DNA from: Squalus acanthias | Taxonomy: Eukaryota | Reading direction: 5' to 3' | DNA length: 64,000 bases | Assembly: GCA_030390025.1 (NCBI GenBank) | Contig: CM059432.1 | Coordinates: 134,914,001-134,978,000, forward strand | Shown here: positions 25,331 to 38,900 of the stretch, in pieces | Layout: each line of letters starts with the position of its first letter | How positions within the stretch are numbered: position 1 is the first letter of the stretch | Made by a program: the position numbers and the translations under genes | The notes under the pieces: generated by a model | Database searches by the model: none | Told to the model about the DNA's origin: nothing | The model's input: only the letters and a program-made list of their open reading frames with translations

Positions 25331-26253
25331 ATGGAGGCATGGTAGGACGTTATCAGATCTACCAACAACATAGTGATAGCAGGCTGATGGCACATTTTGT
25401 TGTTTGATGCCTGTATTGAGCATCCAAAGAAGCATGTGAGGTAGGCATTGGGTCCTCCAGACTCTTGGCACAAGACATCCCTTACCACAATGCATAGAAT
25501 CATCGCTGCTGCATCCACAACCCATAAATTAAGCAGCCGTCTGTTTCACACCAGGCACTGCTTTGACAAGGCTACCGGAAACCCCACAAACCTCTTACTG
25601 ATGCGTATGCACCGAGAAGTTCTAGGGTTTAAGAGAGAAAACACTTTTGAAAACACACATTTTATACATATTGGCTTGGGTGATATTCAGGCAGTTCTGG
25701 AAGCTGCCTTCAGCAGCCAATAGGACCTTGTGTATGCTGATGGAGGGCCTAACGCCTGTTTAAATGCACCTCTCTGAAATGGTCAGAAACTGAGTGGAGC
25801 ATGCACCTTCTGTGGCCTAACAAGGAACTGCTGGAGGCACCAACAGAAAGGTAATTTTTTTCTTTTTAACTTATCTTAATGTGGAGCCAGGAGGAGCAGG
25901 AGACTACAAACCTTTTTTTGAGACTTTTTTCTGAGTGGCTTGCTGTGGTCCATTTAAGAACTGCTGGTTAGGCATCTCTCAACGCCAAGTACCAATGGGG
26001 GGGAACGTGTGCGGCATTGCCTATCGGTACTTCAAAATTGCTCCTATTCACGTCATGGGAGCCTGATTTACATGAGCTGATGAGTCTTCTGCCTGCTTTT
26101 TGAGCCACCCATTTCAAGGCCTTACCAAAATGGCAGTGACCTGGATGTTGGTGGGAAGGGCACGCTGCTACTTTAATCGCATTAAAGCCCCGTTGCCTCC
26201 CATGTCTCTTTGAAGAAATAGCAGCTGAGCCAATGCCCAGTTATACAGTCATA

Positions 26254-27142
26254 GGGGGAAAAATTCAGTTGGTTGCGCCTCCCGTTAGCGCCTTAAGAGG
26301 GCGCCTGGGCGCTAGATGATTTGCGCCCAGGCGCGGCCATGTTTGCGCCGCTCGCGAAATTAACTAGACATTTTGCGGCGGCGCTAAACACTACCGCCAC
26401 GATCTCCTGCGCCGGCAGATCGTGACGTCAGTCGAGTGCGCAACGCCCCGGTATTGCCCTGGAGCGGATATTGAGTGGCGCCCCCTGCCTGACCGCCTGA
26501 CGCAAGCAACGACAGGTTGAGGGGAGCGTTCTGCAGTCATGAAGGGAAAGGGGGAGCGCTATTTAAAGGTGACCGCTTCCTGCCTTTTATTGTTGGTGCC
26601 ATTTTTGAACTACGCATTCTGAGAGAGAGAGGGAGAGACTTCTGGAGAGATTCAACGCTGTGTGAAGGAGTTTTGGGTACTGAGCAGGACTTTGCAGGTT
26701 CATTTTGATTTGCCATTCCTTGTATCGATTTAGAAGAGACTTTGGTCCTGCACTCTGAGCTCTTTGCCTGGTACTCTCCATTGTTCTTTCCAGCAGATTT
26801 GATGTGCAGGTCTCTCCAGGCAGAGATTCAAGGATGCAATGAGCAGGATGTGGATGGAAAGCAAGATTAACCATCCCCTTTAAGAACTGGCCCGTGCCAT
26901 TGTGTGTGTGTTCCATTGCTGACTGACGTTACATGAGCTTCGCCAGCGCTCTGAGGTAGCGCCTCGCTCCTCGGCCTTTGCGCCTTAAGACAGGTGTGAA
27001 GCGCCTGATTTAGCGCTCCAATCACCTCCAGGGGCGATAAAAGTCAAGTTTGCAGTCGGTGGCGATAATTAGCGCCAGGCGCTAATCTTTGCGCCCGGCC
27101 GATAATTGCACCCCAAATGGGGCGATACTGAATTTCTCCCCC
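26254..27142 (+). mobile_element. Harbinger-type element, family A copy 3
   Basis: TIR GGGGGAAAAATT...AATTTCTCCCCC, ATA TSD; sits at the tail of the adjacent CR1. Confidence 0.85.
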
Positions 27143-28802
27143 ATAGAGTTATACAGCACAGAAAGAGGCCCTTCGGCCCATCATGTCCGCGCCGGCCATC
27201 AAGCCCTATTTATTCTAATCCCATTTTCCAGCACTTGGTCCGTAGCCTTGTATGCTATGGTGTTTCAAGTGCTCATCTAAATGCTTCTTGAATGTTGTGA
27301 GGGTTCTTGCCTCTACCACCCTTTCAGGCAGTGAGTTCCAGATTCCAACCACCCTCTGGGTGAAAAGGTTTTCCCTCAAATCCCCTCTAAACCTCCTGCC
27401 CCTTACCTTGAAACTATGCCCCCTGGTTATTGACCCCTCTACTAAGGGGAAAAGTTCCTTTCTATCTACCCTATCTATGCCCCTCATAATTTTGTACACC
27501 TCAATCAGGTCCCCCCTCAGCCTTCTCTGCTCTAAGGAAAACAACCCCAGCCTGTCCAGTCTCTCTTCACATCCTGGTGAATCTCCTCTGCACCCTCTCC
27601 AATGCAATCACATCCTTCCTATAGTGTGGCGACCAGAACTGCACACAGTATTCCAGCTGTGGCCTAACTAGCATTTTGTACAGCTCCATCATAACCTCCC
27701 TGCTCTTATATTCTATGCCTCGGCTAATGAAGGCAAGTATCCCATATGCCTTTTTAACCACCTTATCTACCTGTCCTGCTGCCTTCAGGGATCTATGTAC
27801 ATGCACACCAAGGTCCCTCTGATCCTCTGTCCTTCCTAGGGTCCTACCATTCATTGTGTATTCCCTTGCCTTGTTCGTCCTCCCAAAATGCATCACCTCA
27901 CACTTTTTAGGGTTAAATTCCATTTGCCACTGTTCTACCCATCTGACCAACCCATCTATATTGTCCTGTAGCCTGAGGCTTCTCTCCTCACTATTTACCA
28001 CTCCACCAATTTTCGTGTCATCTGCGAACTTACTGATCATACCTCCTACATTCATATCTATATCATTAATGTACACTACAAACAGAAAAGGACCCAGCAT
28101 CGATCTCTGCGGCACACCACTGGACACAGGCTTCCAGTCACAAAAACAACCTTCGACCATCACCTCTGCCTCCTGCCACTAAGCCAATTTTGGATCCAAT
28201 GTGCCAAATTGCCCTGGATCCCATGGGCTCTTACCTTCTTGACCAGTCTCCCATGCGGGACTTTGTCAAAAGCCTTACTGAAGTCCATGTAGACTACATC
28301 AACTGCACTACCCTCATCCACACACCTAGTCACCCCCTCGAAAAATTCAATCAAATTGGTTAGACATGATCTCCCCCTGACAAAGCCATGCTGACTATCC
28401 TTGATTAATCTTGCCTCTCCAAGTGGAGACTAATTCTGTCCCTCAGAATTTTTTCCAATAATTTCCCTACAACTGATGTTAGGCTCACTGGCCTGTAATT
28501 CCCTGGTTTATCCCTACTACCCTTCTTGAATAATGGTACTACGTTAGCTGTTCTCCAGTCCTCTGGCACCTCCCCTGTGACCAGAGAGGTTCTGAAAATT
28601 TGTGTCAGAGCCCCTGCAATCTCCTCCCTTGCCTCACACAGCAGCCTGGGATACATCTCGTCTGGGCCTGGGGATTTATCCACTTTTAAGCCCGCTAAAA
28701 CCGCTAGTACCTCCTCCCTCTCAATACTAATTTGTTCACAATCCCCCTGCCTGATTTCTATGCCTATATCGTCCTTCTCCATAGTGAACACAGATGCAAA
28801 AA
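27143..28802 (-). mobile_element. 5'-truncated CR1 LINE (RT and 3' end)
   Basis: KSPGPD, NYRPVSLTS, YMDFSKAFDKVPH, KFADDTK, LEYCVQFWSP. Confidence 0.9.
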
Positions 28803-29149
28803 GACTTTGGAATTCCACGTAAACTGCTCGTCCTTTCCCTGCCTTTACCAACTCTTTATGGCAGTTTGCCTTTCAATTCCCCATCTCCCGCAACCTCTCG
28901 TGTGTGTGTGTGTCTTCCCATGAGCTGCAATGCTTCCTCCTCGTGTGCAGTCAAACTTCTGATGCTGGCTGTTTCCTCCTGCATATCTTTGGTACTGGCT
29001 GCGTGCAACTGTCACATTTCACGATTTTTGACCGTTCTTTTCCTTCGCAGAAAGGTTTTTGGGGTTGATTTATGTTGAAGGGTTGTGTTTTTTGAACCGA
29101 ATGATTTCACAGAGGTTTAAAAAGACAGGACACAGGCTGCAGTCATTGA

Positions 29150-30978
29150 AGAACATACGAAAGTAGGAAACTGTCAGATAGGAAAAGACCAGCTGGTCCA
29201 TCTAGCTTGTCCTGTAGAATCGTGATACCTTATTTATCATGATACAGACACTCCCTACCCACCCAGAGCCATGTCATCTCCTGGGAGAGGTGACAAACCA
29301 TGTTAAAAACCCAGGCCAATTAGGGAAAAATATCTGGAAAAATTCCTCTCCGACCCTTTAGGTGATCCAAAGTAGTCCAGGAGACAAACGACAGGATACC
29401 TACCTCTTGTATGACATGATCTCCGCCCCAGCCAGAAACAGGTCCAGCTCTCTCTTGAAGGTATACAGCCATTCTGCGTTCACAGCACAAGCCAGCAACC
29501 TGTTCCACGGGTCCATTATTCTCTGGGAATAGAAGAACCGCCTAACATCCAACCTAGATCTGCCCTTACATAACTTGTAAACATGACCCCTGATGCTCCC
29601 TAACCTATTCAGTTGAAATAATTTGCCCACATAAACACAATCTGGTCCCTTCATTATTTTATAAGCCTGGATCAAGTCGCCCCGCGGCTTCTCTAAGGTA
29701 TACAGACCCTTGTCTTTGAGCCGATCTGGGTAGCTACGGTGTTTTAAACTGAGAATCAATCTTGTGGCCCTTTGCTTTACCTTTTCTAAAGCCTCAATAT
29801 CCCCCACCATGTTAGGGGACCAAAACTGGACACAGTCCTCTAAATGAAGTCAGGCCAAGGTCTTGTAGAAGGACAAAATTGTCTGTTTTGTTTTGTAATG
29901 AATTGTCCTGTGAATGCCACCTAGTACCCTGTTTGCTTTCGATATAGCATCATGGCATTGGTCATGAGCCTCAGAGAGAGATGCACTATAACCTAGATCT
30001 TTTTCTTTCACCACTGACTTCAATTTTGTACTGCATATTTAGCACGTGACTTGCCCACATTCATAACACAGCATTTCTCTAAGTTAAAAATCATTGGCCA
30101 AACATGGGCCCATTCCCCAACACATTGAGATCTGCTTGCAGTAGATTAGCATACTTTACAGGCCTAACACTCGCTCTTCGCTTCGTATTATCCAAAAACT
30201 TAAGGATCATTCCCCCAACACCTACATCTAGATCATTAATGAAGTTAATAAGGCGCAAAGGTACAAATGCCGAGCCCTGTGAGACAGCACTGGTAAAACT
30301 GGTCTCCAAGCAGATCCAAATCCATAGACATTCTGTCAATGGGCATTCAGATAATTCTTAATCCATCGCAGTAAATTACCACTAATTCCACAAGGTTCTA
30401 TCTTGTAGAGTAACTTCTTGTGAGGTACCTTAGCAAAGGCTTTCTGAATGCCCAGGTAAACAATGTCTACCAGGGTGGCCTCATCCACTAACTGAGTAAC
30501 TTCTACAAAAAAATTGATCAAATTAGTAATACATGACCTTCTTTTCAGAAGCAGTGTTGAGTGGCTCTGATGACACCTTCTCTATCTAAATGGTCATATA
30601 GGGCATCTCTTATGATACTTTCAAGCATCTAATCGACTACTGAAGTCAAGCTAATGGGCCTATGCTCTGCTAAGGCTCTGCCTTATCACCATTTAAAGAA
30701 ATTGGAGCTATATTAGTATCCATCCAGTCTGAGGGAACAGTCCCCGACTCTAATGAGCTATTAAAGGTACGGGCAAGGGGCTCGCATAGCACCCGCCCCA
30801 TTTCTTTAAGGACCCTTGAGTGGATGCCATCTGGGCCAGCAGTCCAATCTAATTTAAGGTTCCTTATTCTGACTAAGACGGTATCCTCATCTATTATAAT
30901 ATTAACAATTTTACTGTTAACAGCGCAACATATTGCTGTTAGTTGAGAGTAAAGATTGATATAAATTTTTCATTCAAT
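29150..30978 (-). mobile_element. Older CR1-group LINE fragment of a distinct subfamily
   Basis: IVYLGIQKAFAKVPH, SQGSAFVP, RGDLIQAYKI; tail related to 31510-31592 and 58625-58770. Confidence 0.8.
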
Positions 30979-31420
30979 GGGGGGAATTTTCACATGAAAA
31001 AACGGGTGGGTTGGAGGCGGGTGGGGAAGTTAAAGTTTTAAAAATCTAAATCCCGACTCCAACCTGCCTCCAACACACCCAATTTCAACTTTTACTCAGG
31101 CGGGTTGGGGGGCGGGCAGCCAACCCACTGCCAGGAGGCGGGTTGGCATTTGAAATATGATAATGAGGCCTGAAGCCTCTGCTTTAACCTGCTGTGCAGG
31201 TTTTACTGCAGCCGACCGGGAATCCCGGGCCTCGGGATTCCCGCTTGCTGCAACGAGGCGGGCACAGCCTCGGGGAGCAATCCTTGTGGGCTAGGAGGAG
31301 CAGGAGTGCTCCCTTCCAGCCCCCAAGCTCACCCACCAGCAGACCACGCCTCTCCGGGATCAGGGATCGGACCCCCCCCCCCCCAGGGATCGCAACTCCC
31401 TCCCAGGGTCGGGATCGGAT
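30979..31420. mobile_element. Probable truncated Harbinger-like MITE
   Basis: Begins GGGGGGAATTTT with GGCGGG-rich subterminal repeats; right TIR not found. Confidence 0.4.
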
Positions 31421-31651
31421 CTAAAAAAGCTATTCCCATTAATACCACGATTGCCCACTATCCTCTTTTCTGTTCACCATTTAGCTGATCTAACTTTTTT
31501 TCCCCCTTTGATTGTGCATGGCACTTGTCTTTGCTTTCACGGCAGGTTTGATGGACCAGCTGGTCTTTCCCTGCCTATCAATTTCTTATAGATTGGGTCA
31601 CCGCTTTGCGGAACAGCGCCATTCAGTCCGCAAGTGTGACCCCGTGCTCAG

Positions 31652-32116
31652 GTCAGCTGTGGCTCAGTGGGTAGCACACTCGCCTCTGAGTCAGAAGGTT
31701 GTGGGTTCGAGTCCCACTCCAGGGACTTGACCACATAAAGCTAGGCTGACACTCCAGTGCAGTGCTGAGGGAGTGCTGCACTGTCGGAGGTGCCGTCTTT
31801 CGGATGAGACGTTAAACCGAGGCCCTGTCTGCCCTCTCAGGTAGACATGAAAGATCCCAAGGCACTATTTCGAAGAAGAGCAGGGGAGTTATCCCTGGTG
31901 TCCTGGCCAATATTTATCCCTCAACCAACATCACTACAACAGATTATCTGGTCATTATCACATTGCTGTTTGTGGGACCTTGCTGTGCGCAAATTGGCTG
32001 CCGCGTTACCCACATTACAACAGGGACTACACTTCAAAAGTACTTCATTGGCTGTAAAGCGCTTTGAGACGTCCGGTGGTCGTGAAAGGCGCTATATAAA
32101 TGCAAGTCTTTCTTTC
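31652..32116 (+). mobile_element. tRNA-derived Deu-domain SINE, full length
   Basis: A box TGGCTCAGTGG, B box GGTTCGAGTCC; colinear with 23310-23768; (TCTT)n tail. Confidence 0.85.
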
Positions 32117-32117
32117 C

Positions 32118-32678
32118 GGTCACCTGTCACTTTAATTTTCCGCTGCACTCCCACTCTGACTTCTGTTTCCTCAGCCTCTAACACTGTTCCACTGAAGCTC
32201 AATGTAAGCTCAAGGAACAGCACCTCATCTTTCTATTAGGCACTTTACAGCCTTCCGGACTCAACATCGAGTTCAAACAATTTCAGACTATAAGCTCGGC
32301 CCCTATTTTTGCAGATGGCTACTGTTGATCATTCTGCCATTCCCATTTACACCTCTTCTAGTCCCATCTTTTGTTTCTTTACTTGTCCCATTACCATCTT
32401 CTTTTGCTTTGTACAATCATACCTTTTGTAATTTAATCACTCCTGCCTTCCACCCTATCACAGACCTTCCCTTTTGTTCTTTCCTCCACTCCCCCCTTTC
32501 CCTGCCCCTGCACTTGCTTAAAATCTGTTACATCTCTAACTTTTTCCAGTTCTGACGAAGGTTCATCAACCTGAAACGTTCATTCAGTTTCTCTCTCCAT
32601 GGATGCTGCCTGACCTGCTGAGTATTTCCAGCATTTTCTGGGGGGTTTTCAGATTTCCAGCATCCGCAGTATTTTGTA
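32118..32678 (+). mobile_element. Penelope-like element 3' end (GIY-YIG C-terminus plus pLTR)
   Basis: Reads CHFN...H...KLKEQHLIFLLGTLQPSGLNIEF, followed by a pyrimidine-rich tract and a hammerhead motif. Confidence 0.8.
32547..32585 (+). ncRNA. Minimal hammerhead ribozyme motif (stem I degenerate)
   Basis: CTGACGA-AGGTT-catc-AACCT-GAAA-CG-TT. Confidence 0.65.
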
Positions 32679-32781
32679 TCAATTTCTTATGTTCATATGT
32701 TCGTACGTTCCCTGAAATTATCTACTGTTAATCTATCAAAACATTTTGGTTTTGTTTGTCCTTGTACAAGAATGTGTCTTT

Positions 32782-33627
32782 GGGCTGGATTTTCCCAGCC
32801 CCGAGGAGGCGGGCATGGAGGCGGGACTGCCGGTAAAGTAGCAGAAAGTGGGGGCGGATGGCAAACCCACCCCCATCCCGCCTCCGTGCCCTTTTGCCAG
32901 GAGGCGGGAAGATGTGTTGCTTCGGGTCCCGTCTCCTGGAGGCGGGAAAGGCATTAAATACTTTTAACTGCCTGTTAACAGGTAGTTAACAGGCAGAAAA
33001 AAGGATTAGTGCCATTTTACCTTCTCAGGTGAAGGCTTCCCGACCTCGGAGAATCCCGCTGGGTTGGAGGAGACATGAAGGAGGTCTACGGGGGTCGGAG
33101 GCACCTGGAAGTAAGATGTAGAGGTGAATGATGGGTGCAAGTGTGGAGTGGTAAGTATGGAAGATGAGTGTTAAGTGTTAAAAAATGTTCACTTACCTTG
33201 TTTTCTGCCTACAGCCTTCATCCACCCTGGATCGGGAGTCCCGACATCTTCCTTGTCGATTTCACAGACTGGCTGTTGGATCCTCCGACCCAACAGCCAT
33301 CTGAAATCTACAAAGTTGAAAGGTTTGATGAGTCCTGAACACAAGGGCTCATCAAACTACAGAGAATGTCAGTGTTTGACAGCTTCACAGAGCTGTCAAA
33401 CGCTGACATTTCTTCTTTCAAGAAGTCTTGACAGATAACACGTCAGACGTTGACGTGCTCTGTCAGTGACTTCCCCCCTAATTGGCCTGCTGAGCCCGCA
33501 GGGCGGGCTTAACAAGGTCAATCAAGGGAAAATCACGCTGGTTGGCCAGAAGATGATGGAGGTGGGACATTGACCCGACAAGCAGCAGTCCCGCCTCCAA
33601 CTCATCTCCATTGAGAAAATCCAGCCC
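32782..33627 (+). mobile_element. Harbinger-like MITE, family E copy 1
   Basis: TIR GGGCTGGATTTTC...GAAAATCCAGCCC; inverted homologue at 55248-55996. Confidence 0.8.
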
Positions 33628-34100
33628 TTAAAGTCAGTTCAGATTACAAGGAGGTCCTATTGTTACACCCTAGGTTTTACTATAGTTAGATACTGGGAAG
33701 TATGGACACATACCTGAACATAAGACGCTCAGACCACTTTTGGGAGTTACCAACACTGCTGTAGCTGAGAGAATATCTAAATCAGACATGAAAGTTGTAA
33801 CAGTAGCCCTTTCCTTTGCAAAGACGGAACACGGGGATGATGGAACAGAATTGGAAATTACACTTCTTTTCACTCAGGTATTGGCATCCATACCATGATT
33901 ATAATGCCTTGCAGGTACAGACTCCCTTTAAACACCTCTACTTCAAGACCAGCACAACCCCTTTGTGGCATCAATGTGAGTTTACATGGTGGTATATTGT
34001 CACCCAGTTAATGACACAGAGAGGGTGTGAGAGCTAAAGAGATGAGTCATGTCTCTATCATTCTTACAGGATGTGCACGGGAAATAGTCCCTTCACTTAC

Positions 34101-34290
34101 CTTAACCAACCATGTGCAGTCATTAAACCTCTTCCTGCTCGATATGGCAGAACATGGGAAGGGTGGAGGCTGCACTGACTTCCTCTTGCACCTCCCTCCA
34201 TAACGTCACTACTACCACCCCATGGGGCTTCCTGCTTTCAGTTCCCAGCAGCTGTTCTCATCTTGCTCTTATTTCTGTAAGGAATACATC
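34101..34290 (-). pseudogene. Degenerate Harbinger Myb/SANT-like exon
   Basis: Reads IRAR*EQLLGTESRKP...LWREVQEEVSAAS...RKRFND..LVK then GTAAGT; same motif and donor position as 53044-53271. Confidence 0.55.
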
Positions 34291-35954
34291 AACCAATAAA
34301 TCAGAGGTCCGACCTGATGCTGACCGCGCCCCCCCCACCCCCCCCACAAAGATACTCCTTTTTGACTCACTCTTTCACTGTGATGTAGCTCTCCCCAAAA
34401 GACAGGCACCCCTTTAATTAGTTGCAGCATTTTAAACATTGTACCATGACTGAACTTCCATCCCTCCCAGTGGCAGATATCCAATACCACTCCAAACCCA
34501 TCCTGAATACTTAATGAGGCCAACCATAGGAAAATCTAGCAGGTCAGGGACAGGTGTCATGTGGGCAGGTAGAAGTCCTGCCCACCTATCTGAGGGGGGA
34601 ACCCATCCCTTGATGTCTCCTTTCTTCAAAACCTGCACACCAACAGACCAAACCAGTGAGTTCTTCAGTCTCGGTTTCGTGGCAACAGTGATCTTTCCAA
34701 GTAATTGTTCGTTCAGCTTTTCATTTCTCCTCACCAACTTTTACCAGAAGTGCTTGTACATCTTTTGTCATTCCTGCTCAGTAGTGATGTTGACGAGTTT
34801 TCCTCTGCATGCAATCCTAATATGGTATCGGTGCAATCAAAGTACATATCTATAAATTACAACTTTATAACAGCTACTTAAATAGTTAGACACCAATGAA
34901 CAGCTGAAATCTTACATGCGATACTTGCCAATTTTCCTTCAAAAAGCTTCTGGTGGCTATACCTTCTCTGTAAGTACAATATCAGCAAGGGTCAGCTATA
35001 AAGCTACAATGATAGCAGTGTTTTGGTCTGTTAGTCCCCAGTGCAGTATTACATTCGAAGGGATCATTTTTCATTCAGTCTAGTACAGATGTACAATTTG
35101 GATCAGTACAGAAATAAAGGCTTGCTAGAGAAAAGGTCACTTGATACTAAGCAGATATTTCCTCCCTTTTTTAAAATCTTTGCACTGGGGACAACATTTT
35201 AGATACTTTTTTAATTTCTGTAGTAATTATTGTCTCTCGGCTGCAAAATTGAAAGAGGTTAGAATATTGGGGCATTTTAAGTTTGAGAATGCTGGGCAGA
35301 AGTCCATGAGGTTGATTTTAAATAGACGGCCAAAACAGGCATGAAGTCAGTGGTTCAGCAGGAGGCCTGAACCATTTTTAGGTTTGGGCCTCATTGGAAT
35401 ACCGATGGCGAGCTGCCCAGTGCTCAGTGAGTTCGAGCAGGCAGCTTGCCAAACAGGGGAGAGAGGGTGGGGGCTGAAAATCTGTCGGCTCCATGAGTGA
35501 CCCAAGCTGGAAGTAAAATAGGAGGATGGCTCACTGGGGAGCGCCACTGGATTTTTATGGTCCTCCTGGCCCCACAAAATTTCTCCCAAAAAATCTTCCA
35601 GGCCGTTTTCTGAGTGGCCTCCAGCAGTCCCTCTAAGGATTGCACTTTCCTGATCCATATGGTTTAGCTGCTCACCCCCCTTGAACCTACTGAGTCATTG
35701 GGGGAGCTGGTTCCTTCTTCTTAAAGTCGTCTCTCTTCTTGGGTCTTTCCAACCAATGCAGTAACCTGAGGCCCAGTAGGCAATTGAGTAACCAGCTTCC
35801 AGCTACCACAGGTGCTGTTCTGAAACTAACCACTAGGATGAGTGTGAGCAGTTAATCTTCCTCCCTCTTCATTGAAGTGTCAGGATTCTGCTTGCCATTT
35901 TTCCGCAACAAGATGGATGCGATCATTAACCAAGTATGTGGAGGATCACAGGTG

Positions 35955-36040
35955 CAAATCTGCTGGGCACGCTCCTGTGAAGCACTCTGGGACGTTTCAC
36001 TAGGTTAAAGGCGCCATATAAATGCAAGTTGTTGTTGTTA
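35955..36040 (+). mobile_element. L2 3' tail fragment
   Basis: ctcctgtgaagcac...aaaggcgccatataaatgcaagttgttgttg. Confidence 0.7.
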
Positions 36041-36949
36041 TTCCCAAATTTATCTGTACTATCGTGAAAAGCCACAGAGCAGAGCAGACTCCCACTGACC
36101 ACCACCACACCCGCTCCCCACCCCCCCAAACCCTGACACACACAGATACACCCGCACACAAACACTCTTGGTTCACTGTCATACATCACTTGCTAGCCAG
36201 CTAGCTCAGAGTGGAATTGGTGGAGTCGGGAAATAGATTACTTGTCGACCCTCTTTGTTGTAGAAACTGAGGGGAAATGATGCCAGGGGGGAGAGTGAAG
36301 AGGAGATGATATTCTGCTCTCATAAAGAAGCTTAATTCATGCTATAGTGGAGGATAATGTTTTGTGCCGGGCACATGATCAGATAAAGACATGAAATGGT
36401 GCCATCTGCTTCTGTCTGTTGAAAGACTTGCCATCTGCCAACATGTTACTCCTTACGCCAGTTGTGTTTAAAGGGTCACTAATCCTGAATTATAACGTGA
36501 GTATGAGTTGAAGCATCAATTTTCATTGAGAAATTTCTAGTTGTGCCCAGAGTGACCCAGTTGCACCTGAAGTTTCACACTGTCTGCCTTTCGCTTGCAT
36601 TCTTGAGACCACAGATATAGAATATTTTTCCTTTTCCTTGGAACGTCAGAGGCATAAGAAGAGACAGGAAGCCCTTGTTATTCAATGATGTTATCCTCAT
36701 AAAGTTTAGTTACAAACTAAGGAAGTCATTGTAACAAGTTATCTGGTGCACCAGAAAGTACTTACAATCAGAACTTCCTGTTCTCAGTCACATCTCCAGG
36801 AACAAGTTCAGAATCCAAATTTTCCCTTGCTCTCATTTCCACTCCAGGGTAACCAAGTCTCTACAAATGTCAAAGTGAAAGCAGCAGTCTTCTTCGGCTG
36901 GAATTGCTCAAACAAAGAATTCTTTGTTATTGTTATTGTTAAAGCACCA

Positions 36950-37413
36950 CGTCCTGTCCACCCATCACTCCTGTGCTCGCTGACCTAAATTGGCTATCGG
37001 TCTGGCAACGTCTCAATTTTAAAATGATCATCCTTGTTTACAAATCCCTCCATGGGCTCGCCCCTCCCAATCTCTGTAACCTCCTCCAACGCTACAACCC
37101 TCCGAGATCTCTGCGCTCCTCCAAATCTGGCCGCTTGTGCATCCCTGATTTCCATCGCTCCACCATTGGCGGCCGTGCCTTCAGCTGCCAAGGCCCTAAG
37201 CTCTGGAATTCCCTCCCTAAACCTCTCCGCCTCTCCACCTCTCTCTCCCCCTTCAAGACGCTCCTTAAAACCTACCTCTTTGACCAAGCTTTTTGTTACC
37301 TGTCCTAATATTTCCTTATGTGGCTTGGTGTCAAATTATGTTTGATAACACTCCTGTGAAGCACTTGGGATGTTTCACTACGTTAAAGGCGCTGTATAAA
37401 TGCAAGTTGTTGT
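36950..37413 (+). mobile_element. L2 LINE 3' end
   Basis: LADLNWL...GGRAFSCQGPKLWNSLP...LKTYLF and tail. Confidence 0.85.
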
Positions 37414-38424
37414 AGATAAAGATTCTGTCAGATGATGAGCTTGAAAAAACAATTAGAACAGAAAATATTAGAAACTCGCAGCTGATCAATCAGTAAGAGA
37501 AAGAAAGATTAATATTTTGGGAGAGACTCTTCATTGGAATTCATCAGAACCATTCTGATGAAGAATTACACATGAAACGTTGACCTTGGTATGCATTTGT
37601 ACGGTCAATTGATCAACTGCTCCATTAATATTTGAATTTTAGATTTTCAGAGCAAATCAAATGCGATCTACCATCCGTGATAATCAACATCAATGGTTCA
37701 ACTTTCAAAAGTCTGAGTAGAGAGTGGGTGCAGTTCTCAGAAAAAAAGTAACAGCATGACCTTTCTTCCCACACACGGTTATAATTTAGCTTTCTACATG
37801 CCCTTTTATGTCACTGTGGTGGTAGAAACTGCTACAATTGAGTGAAGCTGATCTATTATTAGACATCACTGTGGGCGTTTTGCAGAAAATGGTGACAAGG
37901 AAAACGTTTTTCTTAGGATTTCATCTGCGGCCTTGGTGCTTGTGGTTTCCTCTGTGTAACGGGGTTGTGGTGTTTTCAAGTGGATTCAGGCTTCTCATGT
38001 CAAGCGATGAAATGGTTACCCAAATTCCATGAGAATTTAAAGCTCCAAGTATGTTTGCGCTGCTGATCAGAAGATCACCCTCTTGGAAGGAGTAGTACTG
38101 TACTGTAAAACCCCCATTCTTACTCCTAATCTGTTGGCAAACAGATGAAGAAATAAGCACCAATGAAATAAGAGTTTTTTTCACGTGTCCTGTGCTCACA
38201 GGGCACACCTGCTAGGTGGGGGAATACGAGGATCTCAACTAAAAAAAAACCTGCGAATAAGTCAGGTCAAACAAACATTGCAATGTGTAATTGTCACAAT
38301 GTTGTGCCTCATTGGAGAGTTCATTCATGCATGTGGAAAGTTTCTGTACACCATAAAATAGGGGTTTACACAAAATAATATATATATTTTTAAAGTTCGC
38401 AATAATTTATCCACTAAAGCGTTG

Positions 38425-38900
38425 TAGAGTGATTGGAAGACAAAGACAAGGATTTAGAAAATGATACGCTGGGGAATGGGAAGCCAACAGAGGTTGGCAA
38501 GGATCGGACTGATTTTGTATGGGAGAGGAAGCAGGCAGTGGAATTCTGGACAAGCTTGAGTTTCTATAAGGTGGAACTTAGACGGTTAGTGAGGACAGCA
38601 TTGGATAAGGTTGTGTCTGAAGATGACTAAGGTGTGGATGAGGGTTTCAGCAGCAGTGGGGCTAATGTAGATGGGGAGATGGGCGAGTGAGCATTCAGTT
38701 GAAAATGGCCAAGAGCTGAGTGAGGAGGGTGTCAAGAGAGGAAGTGGGTCTCATGAAAGAAACAAATCTGGTGATTGCTGGGCTGGAGATAGGGGGAAGC
38801 AGTAGAATGTTGTGAGACCACAGCTGGGAATGGTTGAGGAGGGCAGAAGGAGGCCGAAACAGCTGAGAGAATAATCCAAAAAATCTATAGAGTTCTGGAG
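38425..38900 (-). mobile_element. Old degenerate L2 fragment
   Basis: Diverged similarity to 20940-21200 (ggatgagggtttcagcagcag etc.). Confidence 0.5.

Noticed and set aside
31652..31725. tRNA gene
   Set aside because: Continues into a SINE body and tail, as do the copies at 23310 and 60786; it is a SINE head
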